A DNA stretch of 64,000 bases, from IMG/VR virus record IMGVR_UViG_3300042888_001941, positions 1-64,000 of that record; one strand, 5' to 3'. The stretch's first letter is position 1. Every line of letters starts with the position of its first letter. The position numbers and the translations under genes are program-made. The notes under the pieces were generated by a model. That model was not told the origin of the DNA. It saw only the letters and a list, made by a program, of their open reading frames with translations, and made no database searches. Below are positions 27,508 to 35,567 of this stretch, piece by piece. This DNA comes from a virus.

Positions 27508-27579
27508 TTTGTATCCTTCCGTCGTTTGTCGTGGTTAATTATATCAGGTAAGTATGACAAGTAAGGGCGCAGTCACAAG

Positions 27580-27825
27580 TTATGCGCGATAGCCGGATTG
27601 AGTTTTTTCGAGTTTTTCGACAGGCGCGCAGTTTGTGCAGAGCATATGAGTTGGCCAGACAGAGCTTGGATATACGGCGAGCATATATTTTGTGACGTTG
27701 TTGCAGTCGCGGCAAGCGTGAGAAAAGATTTCAGAAGTTTCGATTTCGCGATTAACGCAGTAGTAGCGAGTTTCGAAAGTTGGGCTGTCGTAGAAATATG
27801 AGCCGTGACGAAGGTTTGCGGACAT
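27580..27825 (-). CDS. Small zinc-finger protein
   Basis: CRDC...CTNC; promoter copy at 27867. Confidence 0.55.
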   Translation of the reverse strand: MSANLRHGSYFYDSPTFETRYYCVNREIETSEIFSHACRDCNNVTKYMLAVYPSSVWPTHMLCTNCAPVEKLEKTQSGYRA

Positions 27826-27893
27826 GATGTCTCCAGTCGTTATATTAACGTATTCGTTAATAAATGAATTATATCATGTTTATAATAAAAATA

Positions 27894-28160
27894 TTACGAA
27901 AGACTCAGCTGCTGTTCTAGCTTCTGCATCTTTTCAACGACCTCAATACTCCAGTTCACGTCTGTCCCGCACTTGGGGCAGTACTCTGGCCAGAAGTCAT
28001 CTGGAGTAGACGTGTCGATGATGACGGTGGATTCGCCGCAAGTAATTTCTGCACTGTCCTTGAGGAACATCCACTGGAATCGTTGAAGGTTCGTTAAAGA
28101 ACTCCACTCAACTGCAGGGCCTTCGCACTCAAGGGTCATGAGCACTGGCAGCTTACTCAT
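27894..28160 (-). CDS. Small zinc-ribbon protein
   Basis: CPKCG; ATGA coupling. Confidence 0.55.
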   Translation of the reverse strand: MSKLPVLMTLECEGPAVEWSSLTNLQRFQWMFLKDSAEITCGESTVIIDTSTPDDFWPEYCPKCGTDVNWSIEVVEKMQKLEQQLSLS

Positions 28161-28336
28161 GAGATTTCCACATCAGGAAACCATCGGATAATTGTTTGGA
28201 GGAGGTGGTCGTAATCACCGCTTGTCATTTCCTCAGTGAAGCCCGCAATCTCGTCGTGACGACCTAGCTTCTTTAGCTCTCGCTGTCCTGCCGCAATGAT
28301 AGCAAACGCGTTGCCGTCTGAAATCTGTACTGCCAT
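28157..28336 (-). CDS. Small hypothetical protein (59 aa)
   Basis: My translation DGNAFAII..EMTSGDYDHLLQT; cassette SD variant ACGACGGAGGA. Confidence 0.7.
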   Translation of the reverse strand: MAVQISDGNAFAIIAAGQRELKKLGRHDEIAGFTEEMTSGDYDHLLQTIIRWFPDVEIS

Positions 28337-28363
28337 GTTATCCTCCGTCGTTTGTAATTATAG

Positions 28364-28439
28364 ACGCGGCAGGAGCTGGGATTGTTTCGTGCCTTCTGCA
28401 GAAGGTGGTTGTTTGACCACCAGTGCTTCCCTGCCGCGT
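28364..28439 (-). ncRNA. Structured leader/ncRNA candidate A
   Basis: Closing stem ACGCGGCAGG/CCTGCCGCGT with internal hairpins, between the promoter at 28446 and the SD at 28341. Confidence 0.5.
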
Positions 28440-28457
28440 TGGTTTAATTATATCAGG

Positions 28458-28646
28458 TTACTCTGTCTCGATGTACACAGTAGAGCCGTGTTTCGTGATG
28501 ATGTCCTCGAACTTGTCGCCTTCGATAGAATCAAGCTCAATGCCTTCCGGCAAGTCTGATTCCTTGAGTACGAATACGTAGTCCGCATCCGAGCCAACCC
28601 ACCAGTCACCGTTAGGTGACGCGTACCACACTCTTTCCGTAGCCAT
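28458..28646 (-). CDS. Small acidic protein
   Basis: Start reset to MATERVWY. Confidence 0.55.
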   Translation of the reverse strand: MATERVWYASPNGDWWVGSDADYVFVLKESDLPEGIELDSIEGDKFEDIITKHGSTVYIETE

Positions 28647-28648
28647 GG

Positions 28649-28801
28649 TTAACCCACCTGGAACGCATCGCAATAGCGACATTGGTACCAGTCGCCAAGC
28701 TTTGAGTCTTCTACGTACTCGTGGATGTAGTCGTGCTGGTCATCGGTAGCGCAAAAGATATCGTCACCGCGCCGTATAAAGCTGCGTGCCTTTGTTTGCA
28801 T
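28649..28801 (-). CDS. Small zinc-binding protein (50 aa)
   Basis: My translation MQTKARS..C..H..CRYCDAFQVG; behind the cassette SD. Confidence 0.6.
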   Translation of the reverse strand: MQTKARSFIRRGDDIFCATDDQHDYIHEYVEDSKLGDWYQCRYCDAFQVG

Positions 28802-28824
28802 GGTCGTCCTTTCGTCGTTTAGGT

Positions 28825-28936
28825 GTTCAAGGGCCGCGGTGATACTTCGGCCAATCTTGCCAGAGGTCTCTTGCGAGACGTGGACTCGGGCGTCGCATGT
28901 TCCGCCTAGTTTAACTAGTGGCTAGCACCCTTGAAC
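28825..28936 (-). ncRNA. Structured leader/ncRNA candidate B
   Basis: Closing stem GTTCAAGGG/CCCTTGAAC; internal GUCUC-GCAA-GAGAC GNRA hairpin; between the promoter at 28942 and the SD at 28807. Confidence 0.55.
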
Positions 28937-28943
28937 GAGTTAA

Positions 28944-29864
28944 TTATATCAGGTTGTACTGCTTTTGGACCACATCTGTGACCGAACGGTAAGCCTTGTC
29001 CAGCTTGGACTGGATGGTTGCCCATAGGGAGTCGTATGTTCCACCTTCTGAGAGGGACTGAGTCCACTTAGACGCCACCGCAACCGTTGCTGCTGATGTT
29101 CCAAGCACAAGGGTGTTTGACCCGTTGAGGAGAGTTGTGTTGTAACGCCCTAGAGCATAGAGATCTAAGTCCGCGCCACCGTTAGAGTTTGGCATGATTG
29201 GATAGACCCAACCGGTGACTGCACGAATCGTATAGCGTGTATCCGTTGCTCCTACCGTGATTGCTTCTGGTATACATGCCGGATAGTCAACCTTGGTTTG
29301 ATTGGAACGGTTGCCCGCCGCTGTGAACACACCAATGTTGCTTGCCTTAAGCTCTACAATACGAGACTGCAGTGGAGTTTCAATAGGGCATGCCGCTTCT
29401 TTGTACGCACGTCCCATAGAGATAGAGACCGCACCGACGTTTAGTCGAGCTGAGTTAGCCGCAACCCAATCAAGAGCGAGCTGCACGGCTTTAGTTGTGT
29501 ACGTATTGGCGAAGCCTTTGTCCGACTTGCCGATGATACGAATAAGCACGAACTGAGTTGAAGGGTTAACTGCACTAGCAATCGACGCCATCTGCGTGCC
29601 GTGATTAAACGTCCTGTCCTTAGCTCCGTCCGTTGCCGCTAGCGATGCTGCACCTGGGCCAGTCATTGATGCTTGCCCGTTAGGACACTTACCGAACTCG
29701 ATAAAACATGCCTCATCAATTACCTTGCCCGCAAGGAATGGAAGCTGTGTGTTAAACCCAGAGTCAATGATGACAAGAGTCTTTGGTTGTGTTGCCTGCG
29801 CTGATGGAGTCAGCCCTGCCGCAAGAGCAAGAATGATTCCGGTGATTGCTAGTTTGGTTTTCAT
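28944..29864 (-). CDS. Secreted subtilisin-like (S8) serine protease
   Basis: Signal peptide MKTKLAITGIILALAAG; triad IIDSG, HGTQM, GTSAA; oxyanion AAGN. Confidence 0.88.
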   Translation of the reverse strand: MKTKLAITGIILALAAGLTPSAQATQPKTLVIIDSGFNTQLPFLAGKVIDEACFIEFGKCPNGQASMTGPGAASLAATDGAKDRTFNHGTQMASIASAVNPSTQFVLIRIIGKSDKGFANTYTTKAVQLALDWVAANSARLNVGAVSISMGRAYKEAACPIETPLQSRIVELKASNIGVFTAAGNRSNQTKVDYPACIPEAITVGATDTRYTIRAVTGWVYPIMPNSNGGADLDLYALGRYNTTLLNGSNTLVLGTSAATVAVASKWTQSLSEGGTYDSLWATIQSKLDKAYRSVTDVVQKQYNLI

Positions 29865-29949
29865 GTTCGTCCTTTGTTTGTCGTTTGTCATTAAGTTAGC
29901 TCCGGTGCAGGTATACTTTGACGGAAGGGTTCCCGCACCGGAATATTGT

Positions 29950-31773
29950 TTACGCCGCGTTCCTGCGACCAATCTTTGATAGAGCGTCTGCGGCTGCCTG
30001 ACCAATAGTCACTGCCGCATCTGCTGGGTCCTGAACCTTTGCAAGAACTACTGCTGATGTTCCTGAAGTGATTCTGTCTGCATAGCTACTACGCTCGTAC
30101 TTGTCGAACGGTAGCCACAGAACTGCAACACCTGCCTTGTCACATTCACGCACCCACTTTTTCGCATGGTCACGCTCTGCATCTGTGTAGCAACCATCGC
30201 TAACAACTACGAGTAGTCGTGCGCCTGAACCTGCAAGAAGATTCAACCCACCATCAAGTGCCTTGAACGCCTTGTCGAACTTTTCAGTTCCATCAGGTGC
30301 AGTGTAGACATTTACCTTATCAAGGTGCTGACCTGGCTTGAGTGTAGGGAATACATCTTCGCCATAGTAGACCATAGCAGTCTGTGCTTGAACACGTCGA
30401 CCTGCTTCTGACATTGCCCACGCAGTAACTGCCATAGGGTTCATCGCACTTGCCATAGAACCTGAGATGTCTACCATCACACCAATCTTGAGTGTTGGGT
30501 CATCTGTGTGCTTGCGCACTGTACGCTTCCATGGCTCTGCATGCATCATTGAACCTTGAGCGCGATACGCAGCTTCCTGAACTATCGCACGAGTGCGAAG
30601 ACGTCCTGGAGGAAGAATAGATGAGATCTCGTGTTCATCGCGCTCACGATACTTCGCACGCTCGAGGAGATTCGCAATCTTGACTGCTGCTGCGCGCTCT
30701 GAAGGTAGTGGGTCACGTGTCTCGGTGAGACGTGAACGACTTCCTGCAGTAACGCCCATGTCTGCGGTAGTCTTACCGAAGACATCATTGGCAACCTTCT
30801 TGTGGTCCTTCTGCTGACTTGCAGCCTTTGAGCGATTATCGACAACCTGCTGCCAATCTTCTTTCTGCTCTTGGTCCTGCACTTCATCGCCAACTGCGAT
30901 TGCAACGTTACCTGCTGCTTCATCAAGGGCTTCCTTAATGTCACCAATGATTCCATCAACGATGACAAGGATCTCTGAACCAGGTCCTCCTGGAGTTGGC
31001 TTCTCTGGTTCACCACGCTCGGTGGCGAGATCTGCAAGAAGCTTTTCCCACTCGCGAGCAAGTGCATAGAGGTTACGTGGGTCTGTGTGATTATCGTGTG
31101 CTTGGAAGCGAATCCAGATATCACGAAGACTTGCGTAGACTTCATTGCCGAGGAAGTCGATGACAATAGCTTTGATCTCTGCAACATCTGCAAAGTCAAC
31201 TGAACCTGCATCTGCGCGAGCACAAGTGAGAGCTGCGAGTCCTGCGACTGCACGAACACCATGAGCTAGGTGCTCATCTGCATGAGCATTGATGTCGTGT
31301 AGAACAATTTCCAATGCGCAAGCGCGAAGGAAGACTCGATTAGCTGGGAAGTTCACAACACCATGATGTTCGATGCGTGATTCCTCGAGAGACATAAGGG
31401 CTCTGTACTCGTTCATTGAGAGTTCTTCAAGAGCCTTCTCAAGATTGTAGCGTGAGTATCGAGCATGGAGTGCCTCATGGAAGATCGCACCTGCAGCCTT
31501 TGGCCAGTCGAAAAGTGTGTCACGTTCACGAAGGTCACCAATGATCTCTGGTGAAGCACCTGCGCCAAATGCGATGTCAACATTGACCTCTACCTCAGCC
31601 AATGGTGGATTGAAGCAGGCTGGGCTTGGTCCTCCAGCTCCGGGTCCTACGTATGCAACGATGTCTGAGCGTCCTGCCCATGTATTGACAAGGTTGCCAA
31701 TCTGTGCGCCAACGGGGAGCCACTCTTCTGGAGTACGCTCCGCACGTGTCGCGGAATGCTTAATGTGTCCCAT
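29950..31773 (-). CDS. VWA (CobT-like) protein with N-terminal HExxH metallopeptidase-like domain
   Basis: HEALH..LEESRIE; MIDAS DISGS and VVSDG; start reset to MGHIK behind the cassette SD. Confidence 0.8.
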   Translation of the reverse strand: MGHIKHSATRAERTPEEWLPVGAQIGNLVNTWAGRSDIVAYVGPGAGGPSPACFNPPLAEVEVNVDIAFGAGASPEIIGDLRERDTLFDWPKAAGAIFHEALHARYSRYNLEKALEELSMNEYRALMSLEESRIEHHGVVNFPANRVFLRACALEIVLHDINAHADEHLAHGVRAVAGLAALTCARADAGSVDFADVAEIKAIVIDFLGNEVYASLRDIWIRFQAHDNHTDPRNLYALAREWEKLLADLATERGEPEKPTPGGPGSEILVIVDGIIGDIKEALDEAAGNVAIAVGDEVQDQEQKEDWQQVVDNRSKAASQQKDHKKVANDVFGKTTADMGVTAGSRSRLTETRDPLPSERAAAVKIANLLERAKYRERDEHEISSILPPGRLRTRAIVQEAAYRAQGSMMHAEPWKRTVRKHTDDPTLKIGVMVDISGSMASAMNPMAVTAWAMSEAGRRVQAQTAMVYYGEDVFPTLKPGQHLDKVNVYTAPDGTEKFDKAFKALDGGLNLLAGSGARLLVVVSDGCYTDAERDHAKKWVRECDKAGVAVLWLPFDKYERSSYADRITSGTSAVVLAKVQDPADAAVTIGQAAADALSKIGRRNAA

Positions 31774-31869
31774 GTCTATCCTTCCGTCATTGATTGATGA
31801 GTTAATTATATCAGGTGGAGAGGGGTCCCAGGCACCCACACCTAGAACCCCTCCGGCCCACAGCCAAGA

Positions 31870-32862
31870 TTAGATCTTGGCTGGTTGGCAACCTTCACCG
31901 TAGACTCGAGTGAACACATCCGCAACGACGGGGCGGTCCAGTTCAGGAGCTGCTGCGATGATGTTCGCAATTGCGAACTTGGTGCCAAATGTCTTGGAGA
32001 TGTCACGGAATGCGAGTAGTTCACGCATCTGTGGGCACCAGCCAGTTTCACCTGATTGTTGACGACGTGACAAGTTCTGTGCAACTGTCACAATCTGCTG
32101 AGGTGCGCCAAGCTTCTTGGCAAGCACCCAGTCTGTAGTCATCTCTGCTTGCACAATGAAGCGAGATAGAAGAGCTTCAGAGAGTCGAACTCCAGGAGCG
32201 TTTGGATTGGTTGCTGCGATTACGTAGAACCCTTCCTTAGCTTTTACAGTTCCGCGCTCTGGGTTTGCAGTGACAGTGTACTCACCACGACCATCCATGA
32301 GACCATACACACCTGCCATGACCTTAGGGTCAACAAGTCCTACCTCATCAACGAAGAATGGTTTTCCTTCTTCAGCTGCTTTTAATAGTGGACCATCGAC
32401 CCAGTCGAAGCCACCTGTAGGTGTTTGTACGTAACCACCAATGAAGTCTGATAGTTCTGTGTCGCCTGTACCAAGAACTGTACGCACGTCATTGCCGAAC
32501 GCAGCTTCTACGAGTGCAGTCTTACCGCAACCTGGAGCTCCGTACAGAAGAATGTACTGCTGGTTCTTGCGCGCTTCGCGAAGGACCATGACATCGTCAT
32601 GCTCTCCCCACTTGCGTGCATGGTACTTGTCACCATTAGGGCGCTTGTATGTAGAGTCTTCCCCTACGAATGCATCTGCTGATATCACTGGAATAACCTT
32701 TGTCTTGGGTGTTGGACGATTTCCAACTTTACCCTGTGGTTGAACTAGTGAGTCGAGAGATGCAGCGAGTTCATCGTTCATCTGCTGTGCTACAACAGTG
32801 TAAACACTGTCGCTTAGGTTTGGGTAGATCTTGTTTAGAGATTCCATTACTGCTGTTGTCAT
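31870..32862 (-). CDS. MoxR/CobS/CbbQ-like AAA+ ATPase
   Basis: GAPGCGKT, FFVDE, AATNP, LSEALLSRF. Confidence 0.9.
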   Translation of the reverse strand: MTTAVMESLNKIYPNLSDSVYTVVAQQMNDELAASLDSLVQPQGKVGNRPTPKTKVIPVISADAFVGEDSTYKRPNGDKYHARKWGEHDDVMVLREARKNQQYILLYGAPGCGKTALVEAAFGNDVRTVLGTGDTELSDFIGGYVQTPTGGFDWVDGPLLKAAEEGKPFFVDEVGLVDPKVMAGVYGLMDGRGEYTVTANPERGTVKAKEGFYVIAATNPNAPGVRLSEALLSRFIVQAEMTTDWVLAKKLGAPQQIVTVAQNLSRRQQSGETGWCPQMRELLAFRDISKTFGTKFAIANIIAAAPELDRPVVADVFTRVYGEGCQPAKI

Positions 32863-32892
32863 TTGTTTGTCCTTTGTCGTTGGGTGGGTGGG

Positions 32893-33351
32893 TTAGGACA
32901 CGAAGAGTGATTCGCCGAACCCAAGGGAACGACGTACTCGTGTGATGCGTCCTAGTACTTTGTAAGGAGTCTTTCCGGCACGAATGCCATCAAGGTCATC
33001 AACTGATACTTCTACATAGATTGGCTGCTTATACATTAGGTATCCATAAGCTGCAAGTTGGTTGAACGTTGAAGCAACGAACTCAAAGCGAGTCCTTGCT
33101 GTGTCAATAGCTTCCTCGGTAGTGCGCTTCTGAAACACACCGAACTCATTTACGCTGATGGTAGGGAGTCCTGCATGCTTCCAACCTTTGCGAGGCTGGG
33201 CTGAAGAGATCTGGCGGCGGAACATCATTGAAGGTACGTTCTTGCCACTGGATGAGATTCCATCCGGAGTGATGAGGACCTGGTACGTTTGAGTCTCCTT
33301 GCGGAGCTCCATGTACATGGCCTTTCCTACAACCTTGTCTTTATCTGACAT
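32893..33351 (-). CDS. Hypothetical protein, first gene of the AAA operon
   Basis: 152 aa behind the cassette promoter and SD. Confidence 0.7.
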   Translation of the reverse strand: MSDKDKVVGKAMYMELRKETQTYQVLITPDGISSSGKNVPSMMFRRQISSAQPRKGWKHAGLPTISVNEFGVFQKRTTEEAIDTARTRFEFVASTFNQLAAYGYLMYKQPIYVEVSVDDLDGIRAGKTPYKVLGRITRVRRSLGFGESLFVS

Positions 33352-33402
33352 GGGTTATCCTTTCGTCGTTTGGGTGAATATAGAACAATTATATCAGGTT
33401 AA

Positions 33403-33624
33403 TTAGATGCTTCCGAACAGTTCCTGTGCTTCACGGGAGATCTGCTGGAGAGCGTTTTCATCAGATGGGTACTTTACAAGATTCCCTGATGCTGTAGCGG
33501 TAAGGTGCGTGTTGATCTTGAGAAGTCCTTGAGCGTCGAACTCAAGAGTAGCTCCTGCAAGGTTGTTGTCAACGTAGCGCTTGAGTGCTTCAAGCGTCTT
33601 TAAGTCTTCTATATTAAGTTGCAT
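33403..33624 (-). CDS. Hypothetical protein
   Basis: Start reset to MQLNI behind the cassette SD. Confidence 0.6.
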   Translation of the reverse strand: MQLNIEDLKTLEALKRYVDNNLAGATLEFDAQGLLKINTHLTATASGNLVKYPSDENALQQISREAQELFGSI

Positions 33625-33662
33625 GGGTGTTCCTTTCGTCGTTGGTTCAATTATATCAGGTT

Positions 33663-33953
33663 CTAGCAGTGGCAAGCGCCACTGCTAGAAGGGGTCACGA
33701 AGCAGACTCCGCAGACCTGAGCCTTTGGGGCTGGGGTAGAGTTGCGAGGTGTAGTGAGCCCAGAGGTTGTGAGCTTATTAGATACTGCGTAGTAACTGCG
33801 ACCTAGCTGCTTCGCAATATCCTTAATGGATACCTTGGCAGCGCGGAGAGTTTCGATGGTGCGGATTTCCGCCAGCGTCCATTCCTCATTGAGGTTAACG
33901 GCTGTGGCGAGTGAGAAGCTTTGGGCTTCGCGGTTCCAGAGTTGGTTTTGCAT
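33663..33953 (-). CDS. HTH protein with C-terminal Cys cluster
   Basis: WTLAEI..SIKDIAKQLGRSYYAV; CGVC..C.C; start reset to MQNQ. Confidence 0.65.
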   Translation of the reverse strand: MQNQLWNREAQSFSLATAVNLNEEWTLAEIRTIETLRAAKVSIKDIAKQLGRSYYAVSNKLTTSGLTTPRNSTPAPKAQVCGVCFVTPSSSGACHC

Positions 33954-34144
33954 ATTCTTTCCTTCCGTCGTTGTGTATGGATCAATTATATCAGGGAAGA
34001 TCAGGAATATGGGGTAAATAGGGTAAATAGACAAAAAAAGTTTTTAGGAGGGTTTTGGCGTATATTCCTGAAACCACCTGATATAATAGATACCATCAGA
34101 CCAACCGGCCTGGTAACGACGTAAAGACAAAGGGAAGGGACCAT

Positions 34145-34477
34145 ATGTCCAGCACCGCAGTTCGCACCGAGGTTACAGAGATTACTGTAACCAGCACCGT
34201 AGCTCACTTGGACGAGACAGTAGATGCTCTCATCAAGGAGTTCGCAAAAGCTAAGAAGGATATGAAAGTCCTCGAGGCTAAAAAGAAAGCTGCCGAAGAT
34301 AAGATTCGTCAGCTTATGGGTGACGCCAAGATTGGATTTATCAACGGCGTACAGCGTGTGGAAATTAAAGACCGCACCACAACCAAGATCGACCGTGAGC
34401 TATTGCAGGAAGCATATCCTGACGCTTACACCGCAACACTTAAGTCTACAGATTACACAATCGTAGACGCTAAGTAA
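34145..34477 (+). CDS. Coiled-coil phage protein
   Basis: Has its own promoter copy (34077), SD and terminator; KIDRELLQEAYPDAY resembles C-termini of phage recombination-associated proteins. Confidence 0.7.
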   Translation: MSSTAVRTEVTEITVTSTVAHLDETVDALIKEFAKAKKDMKVLEAKKKAAEDKIRQLMGDAKIGFINGVQRVEIKDRTTTKIDRELLQEAYPDAYTATLKSTDYTIVDAK

Positions 34478-34485
34478 CCTTAAAT

Positions 34486-34521
34486 AAAAAGCTCCCTGGC
34501 TAAACGCCAGGGAGTTTTTTT
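34486..34521. terminator. Bidirectional intrinsic terminator
   Basis: AAAAAGCTCCCTGGC-TAAAC-GCCAGGGAGTTTTTTT between convergent genes. Confidence 0.9.
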
Positions 34522-34531
34522 ATGTTTGTGT

Positions 34532-34750
34532 TTAGTAGTCGACTACAGGAGAAGCGCAGTCGCTGCAGACGAACCAGTAGTTCTCATCTTCATCTACAAC
34601 AATCACACAGGAGAAGAACTTGCCAATCGCAAAGCCAACTATGTCACCGCAACTTCGACAGGCGTCACCATCATGAGAAAACTCCGCGGGCGCATCGTTG
34701 TTCTGCGCCTCGACGGAGTCCTCTACTACATATAGTTCAAAGCTTGCCAT
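34532..34750 (-). CDS. Small zinc-finger protein
   Basis: CRSC...CSDC; ends at the terminator. Confidence 0.55.
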   Translation of the reverse strand: MASFELYVVEDSVEAQNNDAPAEFSHDGDACRSCGDIVGFAIGKFFSCVIVVDEDENYWFVCSDCASPVVDY

Positions 34751-34772
34751 AGCGGCAAACTTAAACTACTTT

Positions 34773-35429
34773 CTAAAGAGCTGACTTAAGGAATTCCTTG
34801 AGACGAGCAAGTTCTGTTTGAACCTTCTCTAGCTCTGCGGACATTTCCTTGGTACGTTCAGCTACGATCTTCTCGATGAGCATGTCGATTACGGGGTTCG
34901 ACATAGTTCCCGCAGGGATATTCACTGGGGTGATGTCCTCAAGAATAACTTGTTCGTCCTTAGCTCGAGCTGCTTTCTTCTTGGACCAAGGGACTCCCCA
35001 GCTATCGCTTAGGAAGATGCCTGGTACAGCTTCTGCTTCGGTTCTTGCCTGAACTGGATTCTGAGTGGAATAGAGCGCTGCTCGCATATTCCTAATCTTC
35101 TGTCCACTTGCTCTGAGAGAACGTTCATCTGACGTCTCATCACGAGTGAACAGCTTATTCTTTTCAACAAGTTCATTCAGTGCAATGCGTACGTGACTGT
35201 CATGATAGCGACGACCTAGCCCTTGAGCTGTCATCTCTGTAATCTCAGTAACGCTTAGTGGTTGTGTTTGGTTTTGCATTAGTTCTAACATCTGCGATGC
35301 GAACTTTGTGAGAGCAGCTGCCTGGGGTTCTTGCATAACTGTCTCTTCCTTTGGTGCCAGCGATTGATAAAAAGGATCTGTAGGTTTCACTCTGGTAGTG
35401 AACCTAGCTACCTGTTGGATCTTCGGCAT
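34773..35429 (-). CDS. Winged-helix-like DNA-binding protein with coiled-coil tail
   Basis: PLSVTEI..HVRIALNELVEKNKL; cassette promoter and SD upstream. Confidence 0.6.
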   Translation of the reverse strand: MPKIQQVARFTTRVKPTDPFYQSLAPKEETVMQEPQAAALTKFASQMLELMQNQTQPLSVTEITEMTAQGLGRRYHDSHVRIALNELVEKNKLFTRDETSDERSLRASGQKIRNMRAALYSTQNPVQARTEAEAVPGIFLSDSWGVPWSKKKAARAKDEQVILEDITPVNIPAGTMSNPVIDMLIEKIVAERTKEMSAELEKVQTELARLKEFLKSAL

Positions 35430-35567
35430 AGTTTCCTTTCGTCATTGAAGTTGAATTATAACAGGTCGACTATGAAAAGCTCGGCAAGCTAGGGGCATCC
35501 CAGTTCTTAGTGGAGATCTCACCAAGAAGCTGAGATCAGATCAAGTCGATCGGAAGACTTCTTAGTA

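Larger units (their letters stand above)
19191..35465 (-). promoter_or_regulatory. Repeated extended -10 promoter C[C/A/G]TG[A/T/C]TATAAT plus extended SD ACGACG[A/G]AAGGA
   Basis: Promoter copies at 19212, 20011, 21578, 23267, 24289, 25163, 25764, 27012, 27537, 27867, 28446, 28942, 31804, 33387, 33649, 33984, 34077(+), 35454, plus 62046. SD copies or variants at 19191, 23245, 24271, 25145, 25728, 26991, 27514, 28341, 28807, 31779, 32870, 33358, 33631, 33960, 35434. Confidence 0.9.

Noticed and set aside
28364-28439. Hammerhead ribozyme (CUGCAGA...GAAAC) or tRNA (76 nt)
   Set aside because: The core is not CUGANGA, there is no stem II between the motifs, and there is no D or T loop consensus.
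19191-35465. Repeated motif read as a CRISPR array or integron attC array
   Set aside because: Spacing is irregular and gene-sized, repeats are short and non-palindromic, and no cas or integrase gene is in the window. A promoter plus SD explains it.
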